Source of the DNA: Malacoraja senta
Lineage: Eukaryota
DNA: 64,000 nucleotides
Assembly (NCBI GenBank): GCA_038087875.1
Contig: CM075977.1
Coordinates: forward strand, 145,576,001 to 145,640,000
Reading direction: 5' to 3'
This document shows positions 1 to 13,053 of this stretch, one piece after another. Under the pieces are notes generated by a model. That model did no database searches, was not told the DNA's origin, and saw only the letters and a list, made by a program, of their open reading frames with translations. The translations under genes were made by a program, and so were the position numbers. Every line of letters begins with the position of its first letter. Positions within the stretch are counted from its first letter, which is position 1.

Positions 1-585
1 CAGCAGGAACTGGGAGACTAGTTAGGATCGAGGAAAAGATGAACGGAGCAAAGTACAGAGAGATCCTTGATGAAAACTTGTTCCTAAGCCTAAAATGACC
101 CTAAGCACACAGCCAAGGCAATGCAGGAATGGCTTCTTGACAAGTCTGTGAATGTCCTTGAGTGGCCCAGCCAGAGCCTGGACATGAACCCGATGGAACA
201 TCTCTGGAGGGACCTGAAAATAGCTGTGCATCGGCGCTCCCCATCCAACCTGACAGAGCTTGAGAGGATCTGCAGAGAAGAATGGGAGAAATTACCCAAA
301 TACAGGTATGCCAAGCTTGTAGTGTCATACACAAGAAGGCTATAATCGCTGCCAAAGGTGCCTCAACAAAGTACTGAGTAAAGGGTTTGAATACTTATGT
401 AAATATGATATTTCAGTTCTTTCTTTTTAATTACTTTGCAAAAATGTCTAAACACCTGTTTTTGCTTCTTAATTCTGGGATATTGTGTGTACATTGATGA
501 TTAAAAAAATGAATTTAATCCATTTTAAAATAAGGCTGTAATGTAACAAAATGTGGAAAAAGTGAAGGGGTCTGAATACACTGTA
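1..585 (+). mobile_element. Tc1/mariner DNA transposon, degenerate 3' part (transposase C-terminus plus right IR/DR-type terminal repeat)
   Basis: VLEWPSQSLDMNPMEHLW is a decayed WPSQSPDLNPIE motif; repeated GGGT(T/C)TGAATAC at about 382 and 568; ends CACTG followed by TA (584-585); the FQQDND segment appears deleted near nt 90. Confidence 0.88.
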
Positions 586-1534
586 TATTCCCCTCTGAAA
601 GCTGGCCATGCATATACCTGCCCCAGGGAACATAGGTTGTTTGCCAGGTTCTGTCTTATAAATACTTTGTAAAAAAAAAGCATCACTAATCTTTCATGCA
701 AAATGTGCTTAAAATGATTGATAATTGTAAGAATAAATTATTGCAGGCCTGTAGAATATGTTCTTTCTCTCACATCAGTAGATAATTATACACGATCAGC
801 TCCTAATTATTTTTAAAAGATACGTGCGCCTCAAAAATATGTGATCATTTAGTAGAGTGAATTGACTGAAGCAAATGACCACATCAGGCATGTAGCATTG
901 AACAATTTGCACATGGTTACTGATACACCCAAGTTTGTATTAGTGTGCAATTTATGAATACATGGAAAATATTTTCCATTTGCAATCAATGTAATAATCT
1001 GCCACAAAAAATAAAATAAATAAAAAATAAAAAATAAATCAGGATCAGTGCAGTTTGTGGTTCCTGATTGGGAGGTAAAACTGGGACAATTGTGTAGACG
1101 ATTAGGCTCCGTTACATGTCCTCTGAAGATGGGAGCAAGAACTGGAAATCAACCCCATTTCAGGAAAATGGGTATCCTACTGTTTTATCTTTTTTATTCA
1201 GTCAGCTTGACATTGAAATCAGTAAAGAACAGCCATATGGGTGCAATTTTCATCAAATGTTTATCTCTGGGAGATGGGGGGCAAATGTGAATTCTGGTAA
1301 TCTTTGGCATTTTGCTGATCCTTCTTTTACAATTGCAGACCACAACCAGGCACTCTTTTTGTTGCTTGCCTAACCCAACCTAAAGAAATTCTCAGAGGAC
1401 ATAACAGTTGGCTTGAGTGTATGACCTATGTTTGGTTGCATGCAGTTTTTTATAAACCCAAATTCCCCTCTGACCATATGCACTATGTGACTGTAAATTC
1501 AAAACATTTAAAACAGAAACCATCAAGAACACCA

Positions 1535-4365
1535 AACTAAAAGTTATATTATTTTTATTTGTTAGAAATTCTATCAGTGTTTGAACATTAATATTTAGGA
1601 AGCTTGCACAATATCCATTTCCCATGATGCAAAATAGATAAAATACACAAGGCACGTATTCCATGGAAGTTGAAACCAAATTATGTAACATTTCGAATAG
1701 TTGCTTTTCTTTTTAACTGTAAAACATCTCCAATTGTAAGTTACAATGAAAGTATGCACTGAAATTGTCTCTTATGATCCAACACAATTGTATCATTACA
1801 TATAAACTCTTTAAAAATATACTTCTGTCAAAAGACTTGATGACTACTATGTACACTACAAAAATAAATTTTCATATAAATAAATTATATGGCATACATT
1901 TATCTTTGTAACTGAAATGACACAAACTCACCCCTCCCAACGCTGACAGGTGATGAGACCCAGTTTGAATATTTTTCCTTTTGCATCCTCATACTAAAAT
2001 CTACTTTCTTAATGTAACTGTTATATATCTTTCCTATTTAGTATTAACATTAGTAAGCACTTTATACAGATTAAAAATCCATTACAAAAACATTACTGTA
2101 ATAGCGTTTCAAACAGACAAAAGAAATCCCTGCATTTGTTATAAACTGGCATACAAATTCGGTCAGAAACAATCTTATGATACAAAAATATAAATATCAC
2201 AAAAATACATTTTTTCTTAAAAACATAGTTGCCAGCCATTGAGAAATTCTCCCTTTGCCTGTGAGACTATAGGAGAAAATGTCTACATTGTGCAGAAGCA
2301 GCAGACAGTGGAGGGAGTGGAGAAGGTACACAAACATATATGCTTCTAATAGATTGTGTTTTGTTAAACAAGTGGGGGAATGGGGGTGGGGGTGGGGGGG
2401 GGGGGGTGGATGGATTGGTGAGAATTGACACACCAAGGCAAAAGCAGTGGGAAGTCATTCTGAACTTTTAACACAATTTACACTATGGAAACTGAAGTTA
2501 GTTCCAATTAACACCAAGCAATTTTTTTGTGAATTCTGGATGATAATGGGTCACTGCAAGTGCCATATTGAAGTCTGTTGTTGAATATCACACACATTTC
2601 TATGCCAGAGATTTTAATATATAAAAAAGGCAGTTAAGGTTAACCCTTAGTGTGCTAATGGCAGTAGCTTATTTTAACACTTAAAAGAAAAGACAAAACC
2701 CAGCTTACCTGAAACACAATTTGGCATCATCTGTTACCTCAATCAAAGTGGCAGCATTGAAAATACACAAAATTCAATTTCAACCTCTGGCATTAGTACT
2801 CAGATTGGCTGTTCATAATTGACCTATGCTGATCTTCCTTTCCATTTATCTTTGTTGGGGAGGTGTAGAAATGGTAAATCCAAAATCTATTACATTCTAT
2901 TGGCACAAATTACTCCCAATTTTTCCCATATTGAACATCTGAATTTTGTATTGAACATTTTTGTAATTGTATGGAATCCCTCTGTTTATTGCTAATAGAT
3001 GAATAAATGCATTAAAATTATGAACAGGTTAATTTTATGTGGATGCATGTTACAAATATTAGAAAGGCAATTTTATCCTATCAATGGTCTTTCACTACCA
3101 AAAAGCCGAAATAAGGCATCTGGATAGTCATTGACATTAGTGCTTCAAGCTCTGTTACCAAATTGGTATTGGAATGAAGCATTCAATGAAAAAAAATGCT
3201 GGTCATGACCTAAGGATCCCCCTAAACTCTACAGCCAAAGAAATACTTTTGAAGTGCCATTGGTGTTATAAAGTAGGAATGCCTTGTAATTTTTCCATAG
3301 GACACATTTTTTGTGTAAATAAAAAATTACATCAAGCTGCAATTGGAGAATTATGTCCTTGCCTGCCCACATAGCTTGAGTACAATGATGCCAAACCTGT
3401 ATAATAGTAGATGAGTTTAACATTAATATAAACCAGTGTTTTGAAGGGACAGTTCCTGCATGCCTCCCTACATATTTACAAATAAAGATGCGATTGGAGT
3501 TGAATCTCCTTTCACAAGTTTACTTGGCTGGATGTATTTTTACAAATGTACAAATCTTTGCTAAAGAGAACAGTGTATGAGCTTACTGGTGGGATTTTTG
3601 CAAACAAAACATAGATTGATAATAAATTAAAAAAAATTAAAACTGTCTTTGTTAGGCCTGACAGTTAGAAATTGCAGATACAGTTTATCATTCAAAGATT
3701 CTCAGGGTGTCAATAAATATACACACATACAGACACACACACTAAGGGTTAAATTAAAACAACATGGACATGTATAATACACTGCAAGGAGTCAAACAAC
3801 TATTAAGATCATAAAGATTAACGTGCTTTTCTTCATATCTGGTCATTTTAAAAATCACGCATAGCGTGTTTGAAAGTTAACAGTGACATTTTATACTACC
3901 ACAGATCTGTGATATACAAAATTAAAATATTTTAACAAATGTGTACCTTTACAAAAATCCTATCACTTGAACAATATTTGCATAGAATAATTATACAATT
4001 ATACAATATTTCAAGCAGCAGCAACATATGCTGACATTTATGACTAAATTAAGCTTAAATGTGGCACAGATAAACAGATCAATGTACATACCATATGGAT
4101 CACACAAAATTGTTCCCAATCCATTCACAGGAGTTTTACAACTCCTAAAATTATACTATTTTACATTGTACATTTGTATAATACATGTGTACATCCTTTA
4201 AATATTATAGAGAAGCAATATTTAACAATACAATAGATTAACAGTTACAGTAAACTGTTTTCACAATTCAGGATCGCCTGTATTCATAGCCTGCAGCTTC
4301 GAGGATCAGACTACACAAAGTAACTGTTTTCCCATCTTTGGCCATCTGTACATCAAAAATTCCAA
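1535..4365 (-). other. PTCH1: PTCH1 non-coding last exon (3' UTR, about 2.8 kb; 3' end approximate)
   Basis: Polypyrimidine tract plus cag acceptor at 4367-4366; first about 550 nt resemble the human PTCH1 3' UTR as recalled; end inferred from poly(A) signal. Confidence 0.75.
1554..1559 (-). terminator. Candidate poly(A) signal AATAAA with downstream GU/U-rich element
   Basis: AATAAA on the minus strand followed by TTTTAGTTTGGTGTTCTTGATGGTTTCTGTTTT (about 1543-1510); alternative AATAAA at 2985-2990. Confidence 0.55.
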
Positions 4366-4637
4366 CTGGATAAAGTAAAAGAGAACAAAGCTATTAGTTG
4401 ATCACAGTATTTTACGTGACATAAAATATATACGTTTTTCACACTCAAGACAAATATTACTTGCTAATGCAAATTTAACTTGAGTGGTGTTTGAATAAAT
4501 AATTTTCCACTTATTAGAACAAATCAGGAATGGTTTTGCTTTCATTTAATCTAATCTAATCAGATGGCAGATGAACAGTTCAAAAAAATGTTTTAAACAT
4601 CATTGCATCTTTCACAGAATGCCCCTCGGAAACTTAC

Positions 4638-5162
4638 CTAATGTGTTCTGTTTCCATTGCTCTGTGTTTCACATTCATCGTCTTCCAACTCTAAAACTTC
4701 CACCTTTGAGTCCCTTTTATAAGATGCATCAAAGGGCACATGAGGATCAACAAATGCTCCCGCCTTAGTTTCACTGTACTCCTCATAATGTGGGCATCCT
4801 CCAAACGCATTTTGGCTGGGGATTGGAGGATGCACAGCAACAGTAACGGATGCTGTGGCAGTCACAGTAGTGATAGGCTGGCAGTATGTTGGTGCAGAAA
4901 CACCATTGGCAGTGAATGTTGGATTCCTAGTCTTATGAAAATGTGACCGACAACTCGACTGATCGTTATTGCCGAGTCTGGAATGCCCTTCGTGAGCAGT
5001 TTCAAAAGCGTCCATGCGCGGCCTATAAGGAGATGGTCGAAACCCTTCTCTCGCCTCCAAACCATGGTCCCTGCAATTCCTCCGCGATTGCTGGCGTTTG
5101 ATGTTCTGTGGAGGGGGCGGCCGAGGTCTTGGTCGATGGAATCTGGATTCCGGCTGAACAAC
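4638..5162 (-). CDS. PTCH1: PTCH1 exon 23 (525 nt), C-terminal tail ending in TAG at the exon end
   Basis: VVQPESR...RPSPYRPRMDAFE...DSKVEVLELED...NRTH*; TAG at 4640-4638 is directly followed by gtaagt. Confidence 0.94.
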   Translation of the reverse strand, partial: VVQPESRFHRPRPRPPPPQNIKRQQSRRNCRDHGLEAREGFRPSPYRPRMDAFETAHEGHSRLGNNDQSSCRSHFHKTRNPTFTANGVSAPTYCQPITTVTATASVTVAVHPPIPSQNAFGGCPHYEEYSETKAGAFVDPHVPFDASYKRDSKVEVLELEDDECETQSNGNRTH

Positions 5163-6158
5163 CTGAAATTAAAGAAAATCATTAATGATACAAAAGTATC
5201 CATGATAACATACTGTAGCATTCCGATTATGCTGCACACAAATCACAGCATAATCAAAAAAACTTTTGTTCGTTGAAAGATTGACAAAAGCCAATGAATT
5301 GATTCCAAAGAAATTTAAGTGAAATAAATAAGCTGGGAAGACATTAACTGGACTACAAGATGGTTCAAGTAAAAAAAAAAAAATCAGTGTATTACTAAAT
5401 GGATGTTGGTAACACAGCAAGATGGAAACTCCCCAAACAGTTAGTTTGTCTCAAACAATCAAGTTTATGCAACATCAAACTGTGAATAAATATTTTTTTA
5501 ATTTGGTACTACATCTGGGGAGAGGGGCTATGACAAGAATTGTGGTAATCATCATCATTGGAAAGCATTGTCCATGTAAACATCATTTACAGATGAAAGA
5601 CATTACATTTGTAAGGAATTTATTAAAATTTTATTTGCAGTTATGATTTATCCACAATGAATGACATTATAAGTATTAATAGCAAAAAATACACTTTCAT
5701 TAGAATTGCTAATGCTTAACTATTGCTGTAAAGATCAGATAACCAGGATATAATGGAACTCATGGATCATTTTCACCTACATTGAAAAAACTCAGATTGT
5801 TCAGAAATCGTCATGATTCAGCTTCCAGCTTACAGCAATTTGTTTCTCACAGCCCCTTTAAACTCACCAGGACATCAGTTCCAGTATTTTTTTAACCTCA
5901 CTACCATTCTGAATCCCATGCTTGCTTTAAACTCACTTTGAACCTGTATCCCACAAACCCATCATTCTCACTGTATCCCCATATATGTGCTTCTTGTAAA
6001 CTCACTGGATTCATTGGAAAGTTTAGCAATGTCCATGTAAACATGAAAAAAATAAGTGAATTAAAATTGTGGTGGAATATTAATAGACGTAATAGCCACT
6101 AGTTTGGAATATGTGTATCCCTGCACCACCAAACAAAATTTAGAAATACTTCACTTAC

Positions 6159-6413
6159 TGTAGACCTGGGGAAAACAGGATTTTCAGTTGCTTCCACCAT
6201 GATTTGGTGGGGTGCTGCAGTAGAACTGAGATTAGATTCATAATGCTTAAATTCTTCATTAATCCCAGAAACTGTAGTTTGAGAGCTGAATTCAGAATCT
6301 GAAGAATCAGATCCATTATTCCCTTGTTCATTTGGAATTGCAAACCTCACAACGCGAGGTGGTGGATCTGGTGATGGAGTAGGTAAATTTGTTCTTCCAT
6401 CAGAAGGCGAGAT
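6159..6413 (-). CDS. PTCH1: PTCH1 exon 22 (255 nt) [19 protein letters not shown]...[13 protein letters not shown]
   Basis: Overlaps ORF 6099..6350; AG/GT boundaries. Confidence 0.95.
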
Positions 6414-6672
6414 CTATGGATAAATGTGTGAAGAATGATTAGAATCACTAGGAGTTCATATCTTTACTATAGCTGGTTTCAGTGAGGTGACAGAACAAAT
6501 ATCTTGGGATTGGCTTGGCTTTAGAGTAGGACAATCGCAAGCTTAACATGATAAAGTCAAACATGACAATTGACTGCCACATCAATTATGTACCAAGTAT
6601 GCTCTAGTTTTTAAAGCAATGATTTTACAGCATGGACAATACAGATAATGCCACTATTATTAAAATTCATCA

Positions 6673-6906
<234 letters not shown>

Positions 6907-8753
6907 TCACAGCAATTATTTACCTTTCACATCAGAGGCTATTTCCTACAACAAGTGTTAGTTGATCAAAAAAAGAGAAGATTATATTAGTTTGTTAATT
7001 GTACTAACACTTTGACTGTTATTCATGAAGTTTGTTATACACACAGAAAAATATGGAATGTGGAATGAATTACTAAACAGGTTCATACAACATGCACAAT
7101 GCGAGGGGCCCCCATTACCTTAACCTCAGCAAAAGAGTGTAGAATTTAAACAATTTAGACTAGAGGCAGGGGGAAGCAAACGCTCAGTCAGCTAATCCAT
7201 TTGCATCTCACAAAAGAATCACTACTAATTAAATTTGTAGTGTATCATCTAACAACACTAATCAAACCTTTTTGCCTACACCACTCAGAGAAGCCGAGTT
7301 GTTGTTTTACCAAATAGCTAAATCCAATATAGAGCATGAATCAGGGCTCTGATGTAAAATGCTATTAATTCTATAGCAGCTTCTGGCATTGTATTTCATA
7401 AGATTATTTCACAATTTCAGTTCACATTAGCATCATTGCACTGCAAAATATATATTTTCTGAGGTACAACTTGCCCTCTATAAATATGCTGTTTTGCATT
7501 AAGTATTTCAAATTTGCAAGTGTGTAACTGGTTATCCATTCAATTTCTTAAGGTCAAGAAATGCAAAGGTAACGTTTTAATCAAAAGTGAATATATTACT
7601 AGCGGGTATTCAATCTATCTGGGAGAAGCCTTGTGGATATACTTATGGTTAAAGATTTCATGGCTGAGGTTTTAAAGGACATTAATAACAATCCATCTAT
7701 CTTGTACAGAATCACAGTTATATTACTATACTTAAACATAACATAATTCTCTTAAAAAAATTAAAGAATACATTAAGGGCAGTCAACACGGCTTTAAAAC
7801 AAATGATGTCATCCATTTGTGATTTTGTTCGCAAAGTGTAACCTTGTCATTATAACCCAATATAAGCAAGTAAGTATTCCTATCACACTAAGAGCAATAT
7901 GTTATAGAGCATTTTGATCCACTGTTTTACAATGGAGTAAACGAGATCTGTTCACTTCAAATGTATTGCAAATTTTAAGCCAACATTGTCATTTGGTTTA
8001 ATGGCTGCCCTAGTTTGACGACTGGCTGAATCTGTTATTGGGCCCCATCTGCAGCCTTGCAACTATATCCTGTGTTTATTTAATATTTCACTTATATAAA
8101 CATGCATAGACCAAGCTAAATTTTGCTGTAGCTAAATGAGACAAAGTCCCAAAGCTTAACAGGCTACTCTCTTTAAAACAAATAAACTACAAAATATAAT
8201 TGAAGTGTCAATTTAATCTATAATTGGAAAATAGGCTCCAACTCCCTAGCATGTCCAGTTACAGAACTGAACCATATACAGTAAAACTCCGATAATCCGC
8301 TATCTGACTATTCAGAACTCCCAATGGTTTGTCATCTGTCTCACCAAATGATGTTTGCTGTGCTCCTTTCCAACTTACTGGGGCCCTGGTTCCTGTTCCA
8401 GCTCATCGGGACCCTGGTGAGTTGGAAGTAAGCAAAGGAACCAGAGTCCCAGCGGGTTGGGATCAATCATTCATTCACTTCCCATTGTTGAAATTATAAA
8501 ATCACAACAGACTTGGTGTAAAGGTTAAACAGTAAATGTGGTAAAATAAATCTCAATCAGGAACCATTATTTACACTTTAATTTTAGAAAATATTTTAGC
8601 CAGTAAATTATTAGAAAGTAAGGTTTAATAGCAAAACCTATTTCACAATGGAACATCACTGACAAAGATTTTAAATGAAATGACCATGCAGCTCATAACG
8701 ATCATGTGAAGTGCAGAACTTCTGGTACTGAATGGGAAGAAGATAGTTTCTTA

Positions 8754-8912
<159 letters not shown>

Positions 8913-9788
8913 TCAATGCACTCAGGTGTGGTACTCACTGAAGACATTACATCAAATTTGTAAAGCCATACCCAATAGTTCAGCAGCTGCTGTGATTATG
9001 CTTCCTAAACTGAATGCCTCAGGTACTTTTTACCAAGCAAGTTTCAAAAGAAAAATCGACGCCATTTTTAAAAACGAAACCCAAAAATCAAAACATCGAA
9101 GGGATGATTTGATACAACTTTTCATTGTTTTATGGATCTTCTGCAGTAATTACGTCAAATGGTTAGGAGGCGGTTCAACCCAGAAAAAAACTATGTTACA
9201 ATAAAATAATGTACATTTGACATTCTGGAACAGTAAAACAAGATGACAACCAGATACTGACTCCTCAATTCTATAATTTAAAATGTTTCCTTTGCTCACC
9301 ATAAAATAGAGGGATTATTTAAAATTGAGTTATTTATGATTATGCCTAACCAAATGCAGAAAATGCGTTTAGCAGTCAGATCCTACTACTCCGACTTGCA
9401 TACTTCTGGAATAACAAATTTTGTACCAATATTTTAAGCAGAGACATGATTTAAAAAAAAAAATTAAAACCCATATCTTCAAATTTCCATTTAGTGTGGG
9501 CACCATCTCATGATTTCTTTTAATACAAAGTCATTTTTATAAACTTTTTCCAATGGTGGACTTCCTCAAGGAATATCCCCAAAGAATTACTGACATGCAC
9601 AGGTTTTCGTCTAATTTATATGGAGATTCTATCCTAACCTACTTCACAGTCACGTTGAAATTAAACAATCATATGTGTTGCCTAAAAATAATCAAAACAT
9701 TGTTTTGGTTTGCCTGTCTCAGACTACAAGCACTTAATTTTCTATTAAGAATTTCTACCCATAGGTAGTTCATTTTTACAGTAGCTCA

Positions 9789-10007
<219 letters not shown>

Positions 10008-11836
10008 CTAAATGTGGTTTAAAAAAAATCAAAATACAGTAGCTTGCTATTGTTATTCTTTAATTTGACTGGATCATTCTTTTCACAAAAATGAAGACAC
10101 ATACAGTTTTTTTGCTAGTTTATTCATGAACAAATTAACTTTTAAATGTAATTTGAACTGTTTTACAAAGAGCCTCATATTTTTGAGTTTGACAGGTTCT
10201 GAGCATTCTTTGCATTAGGCAGCAAGCAAGGCCCTCACTTTGTAAACACTGTGCCACTATTTTTATACTGGAAATATTTCAGATTTATACTTAGCTCTCA
10301 TTCACCAAGAAATCCACAATTTAGAGCACCTTTAACATGTCAATTCATTAAAGGTGAATCAATTTAAAAAAGACTGCGTCAAAGATGATATTAAGGAGGA
10401 TGATAAAAAATCCTCCTGGCCATGAGCTTAGAGTTGATGATTTAATATGTGGATTGCAGCTTTGTGGATAAGATGAAGTTATGGAAAGTGGTTAATCTAT
10501 CTGAAGGGCATTGAAATGGTCGAGTCTGGAGCAAGATAAAACTTGATTTAGTGCCAAAAGCAGATACGCTGAGGTCGTAACAAAGACAATGTTACATTGA
10601 CGGTTTCTTTCATGGAAAGGACGTGAAATCAGAAGCACAGCTTAGAATTTTATAGTTTGTAAAATGGTGGTGTCAAAATACATGCAGTAGCTGTTGTAAT
10701 ATCTTTGTACAATACACCCATATTGCCTGTTGTACAGTATATAAATGAGGAATGGGGAGAAAAGAGAGATCTTTCTAGGACTTCATAGTTGCAGAACAAA
10801 GACGACAGTGCGCTAGATTTTCTGGCTGAAGATATGAGGTTGGGACCAGGTGACTGTATAAACTTATGACTGAAGAGAGGCAAACAAGGAGGATGCTTTG
10901 GTCGCCTAGGTCAAAGCAGGAACAAGGTTGTGAGCGACAGAGGGAGGCTGTACCATGGTCGGATGATGAGGGTGTGTTTTAGTGTCGCGCAGGGGCAAAA
11001 ACATAATTACAAAGGTTCAGAAAGAAATCTGGATTATTTTAAATACTTTTGCAAAATGCTTTGTAAGTGAAGATGAATCAGGTTGGACTAAAAGCTTCAA
11101 AAGACAAGAATGCTATTATTGGCTGATGAGTGTCAGATTACCGGAGCCTCTTTGCCTCTTACAAAAATAAATTGGTCTGGTTTGTGTTTAAATTCAACAA
11201 TTATAATTGAGACAAAGTCATGCTTTCTTCCCATCTCGCTATCAAAAAAGAAAATATGTATGCCAATAGAAACAAGAAGATTTGCACAGTATTTCAATTA
11301 TATTTTGTAGTGAGGTCAGAATCAAAATGCAGTATTTTTCCTTTAGGTTCTGACCAACCATTTTATTTAAGAGAGCTGCAGAGCTTAGTGTGACATTGCT
11401 TTAAATTTTAATGAAATTACAGGTGATATCCTAAATCACAGAACACTCCATCCAACATATTGCATACTAAACATTTCTCTTCATCAAACATACTGGCGTA
11501 TAGAGCTTGTGACAGTATCAGTTAATTAGCTCACATCTGGTTTTATTAACAGCCTCTAATGCTTTCACCAATTTCCCTCTTACCTTAAATTAGTCAAAGC
11601 AAGGGAACATTTCTTTCTTTAGATGACATACTCCTTGCTAAACTTGAAACTAACTCTAAAGTTTATCTTTCCACTGCTTAAATTTTCACCATCGTCATGT
11701 TTCCCAGCCGAATAAACATCTCATGAATGATGTCACAGGCATACCCCACCAAAGGCCCAGACATAAACAAACGTTTCCCAATTAAAAAGCTATACCAAAA
11801 GGAATTCAGCAGTATTAAAGCTCCTTCTAAACTTAC

Positions 11837-12117
11837 AATGATCCCAGCCGTCCAGGGGTTCAAGAGGAAAAGGGCGCACACCAGGAAAGTACAAGCCAAG
11901 ACCACGCTGATGGCGAGCAGCAACCAATGTCGGAGCCCAACGTATTGTTCCCAGAAGAGAAATGGGTATCCGTTCGGATAACTGGCAAGTCCTTGGTTAC
12001 TGAAGTTGCTGCATATATTTCTGACTTTTTCAATAGCTTCCACAAAGTCCGTTGTTTCACGCAGTATATTGAGGTAGAAAGGAAACTGGGCATATTCAAT
12101 GGGCTCAGCTGCTGGAA
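11837..12117 (-). CDS. PTCH1: PTCH1 exon 18 (281 nt) [16 protein letters not shown]...[12 protein letters not shown]...NPWTAGII
   Basis: Protein match; AG/GT boundaries. Confidence 0.96.
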
Positions 12118-13044
12118 CTAAACAAAATGAACCAGTTTACATTTGTAAAATACTCATATTTTTCATTGCTATTTGCATTGCATAAATGAGAATTATTTAT
12201 TAATGGATTTATTCTACTATTGCTAATCAGAATTACTCGTCAAATAATAACTTCTTAAACCTACAATTAAATAACTGTCCCTTCAATTCAGAACAAGTCC
12301 AACTTCAGTCCCCCAGCCTGTGGGACTGTAAATTTGATAATCTTAGCCGAGCTGTAGTTTATACAATCAGTAGACAAGCTCAGAGGCTGAAGGGGAAAGG
12401 TTTTGTTTCTGATTATTATGCATTTTCTCCTGAGGTTAGAGCCTCTATGACAGTGAATATAGAGTTGGGGTAAGGAAGATAAATAATTAAGAATTGGAGT
12501 GAGAAATTGAACTTTGATTAAGGTGCAAAACAGGTAATAACTGATATTGAAGGGAAAGTCAGATGCACAATGGGCAAGTAACCAACCCACTGTAGTCAGT
12601 TCTGAGACTGCATCCCAGCCAAATTTCATTATCACCCCCATTCATTCCTTTCTAATTAGCTTTACAACATCAATCAATATGCTGCATCATTTTTGCAGCA
12701 ACTTTTACTTTACTCTTTGGTAAAATATTATAACTATAGTGGCAAAATGTTTTGGCCAAAGACACTATATGGGCCCAAAAATGAAAAGTAGAATTGGTCC
12801 TTAATTTAAAAACAATGCTTTATTAAGCTTAATCCTTCCACTCCAAGAGCCGCAATGAATTGTAAAACTAATTATACAGCCAAAAGGATCTTGCAAATAT
12901 AATCATTCATTTTACCTATGCCCACATTAATGATGGAAATGACATTAATTTTTGGAAAGAAATTTAATAAATTCCCAAAATACAATAATGTTTTGTATCT
13001 TATGAACAGAATAACTATTTAAATTCAGATTATAAATATATATC

Positions 13045-13053
13045 TGGGTGGCC
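13045..13053 (-). promoter_or_regulatory. GLI variant site GGCCACCCA in intron 17
   Basis: 8 of 9 match to the consensus. Confidence 0.35.

Noticed and set aside
121-345. An active Tc1 transposase
   Set aside because: Decayed SPDLNPIE motif, apparent loss of the second catalytic Asp region, and a damaged terminal repeat.
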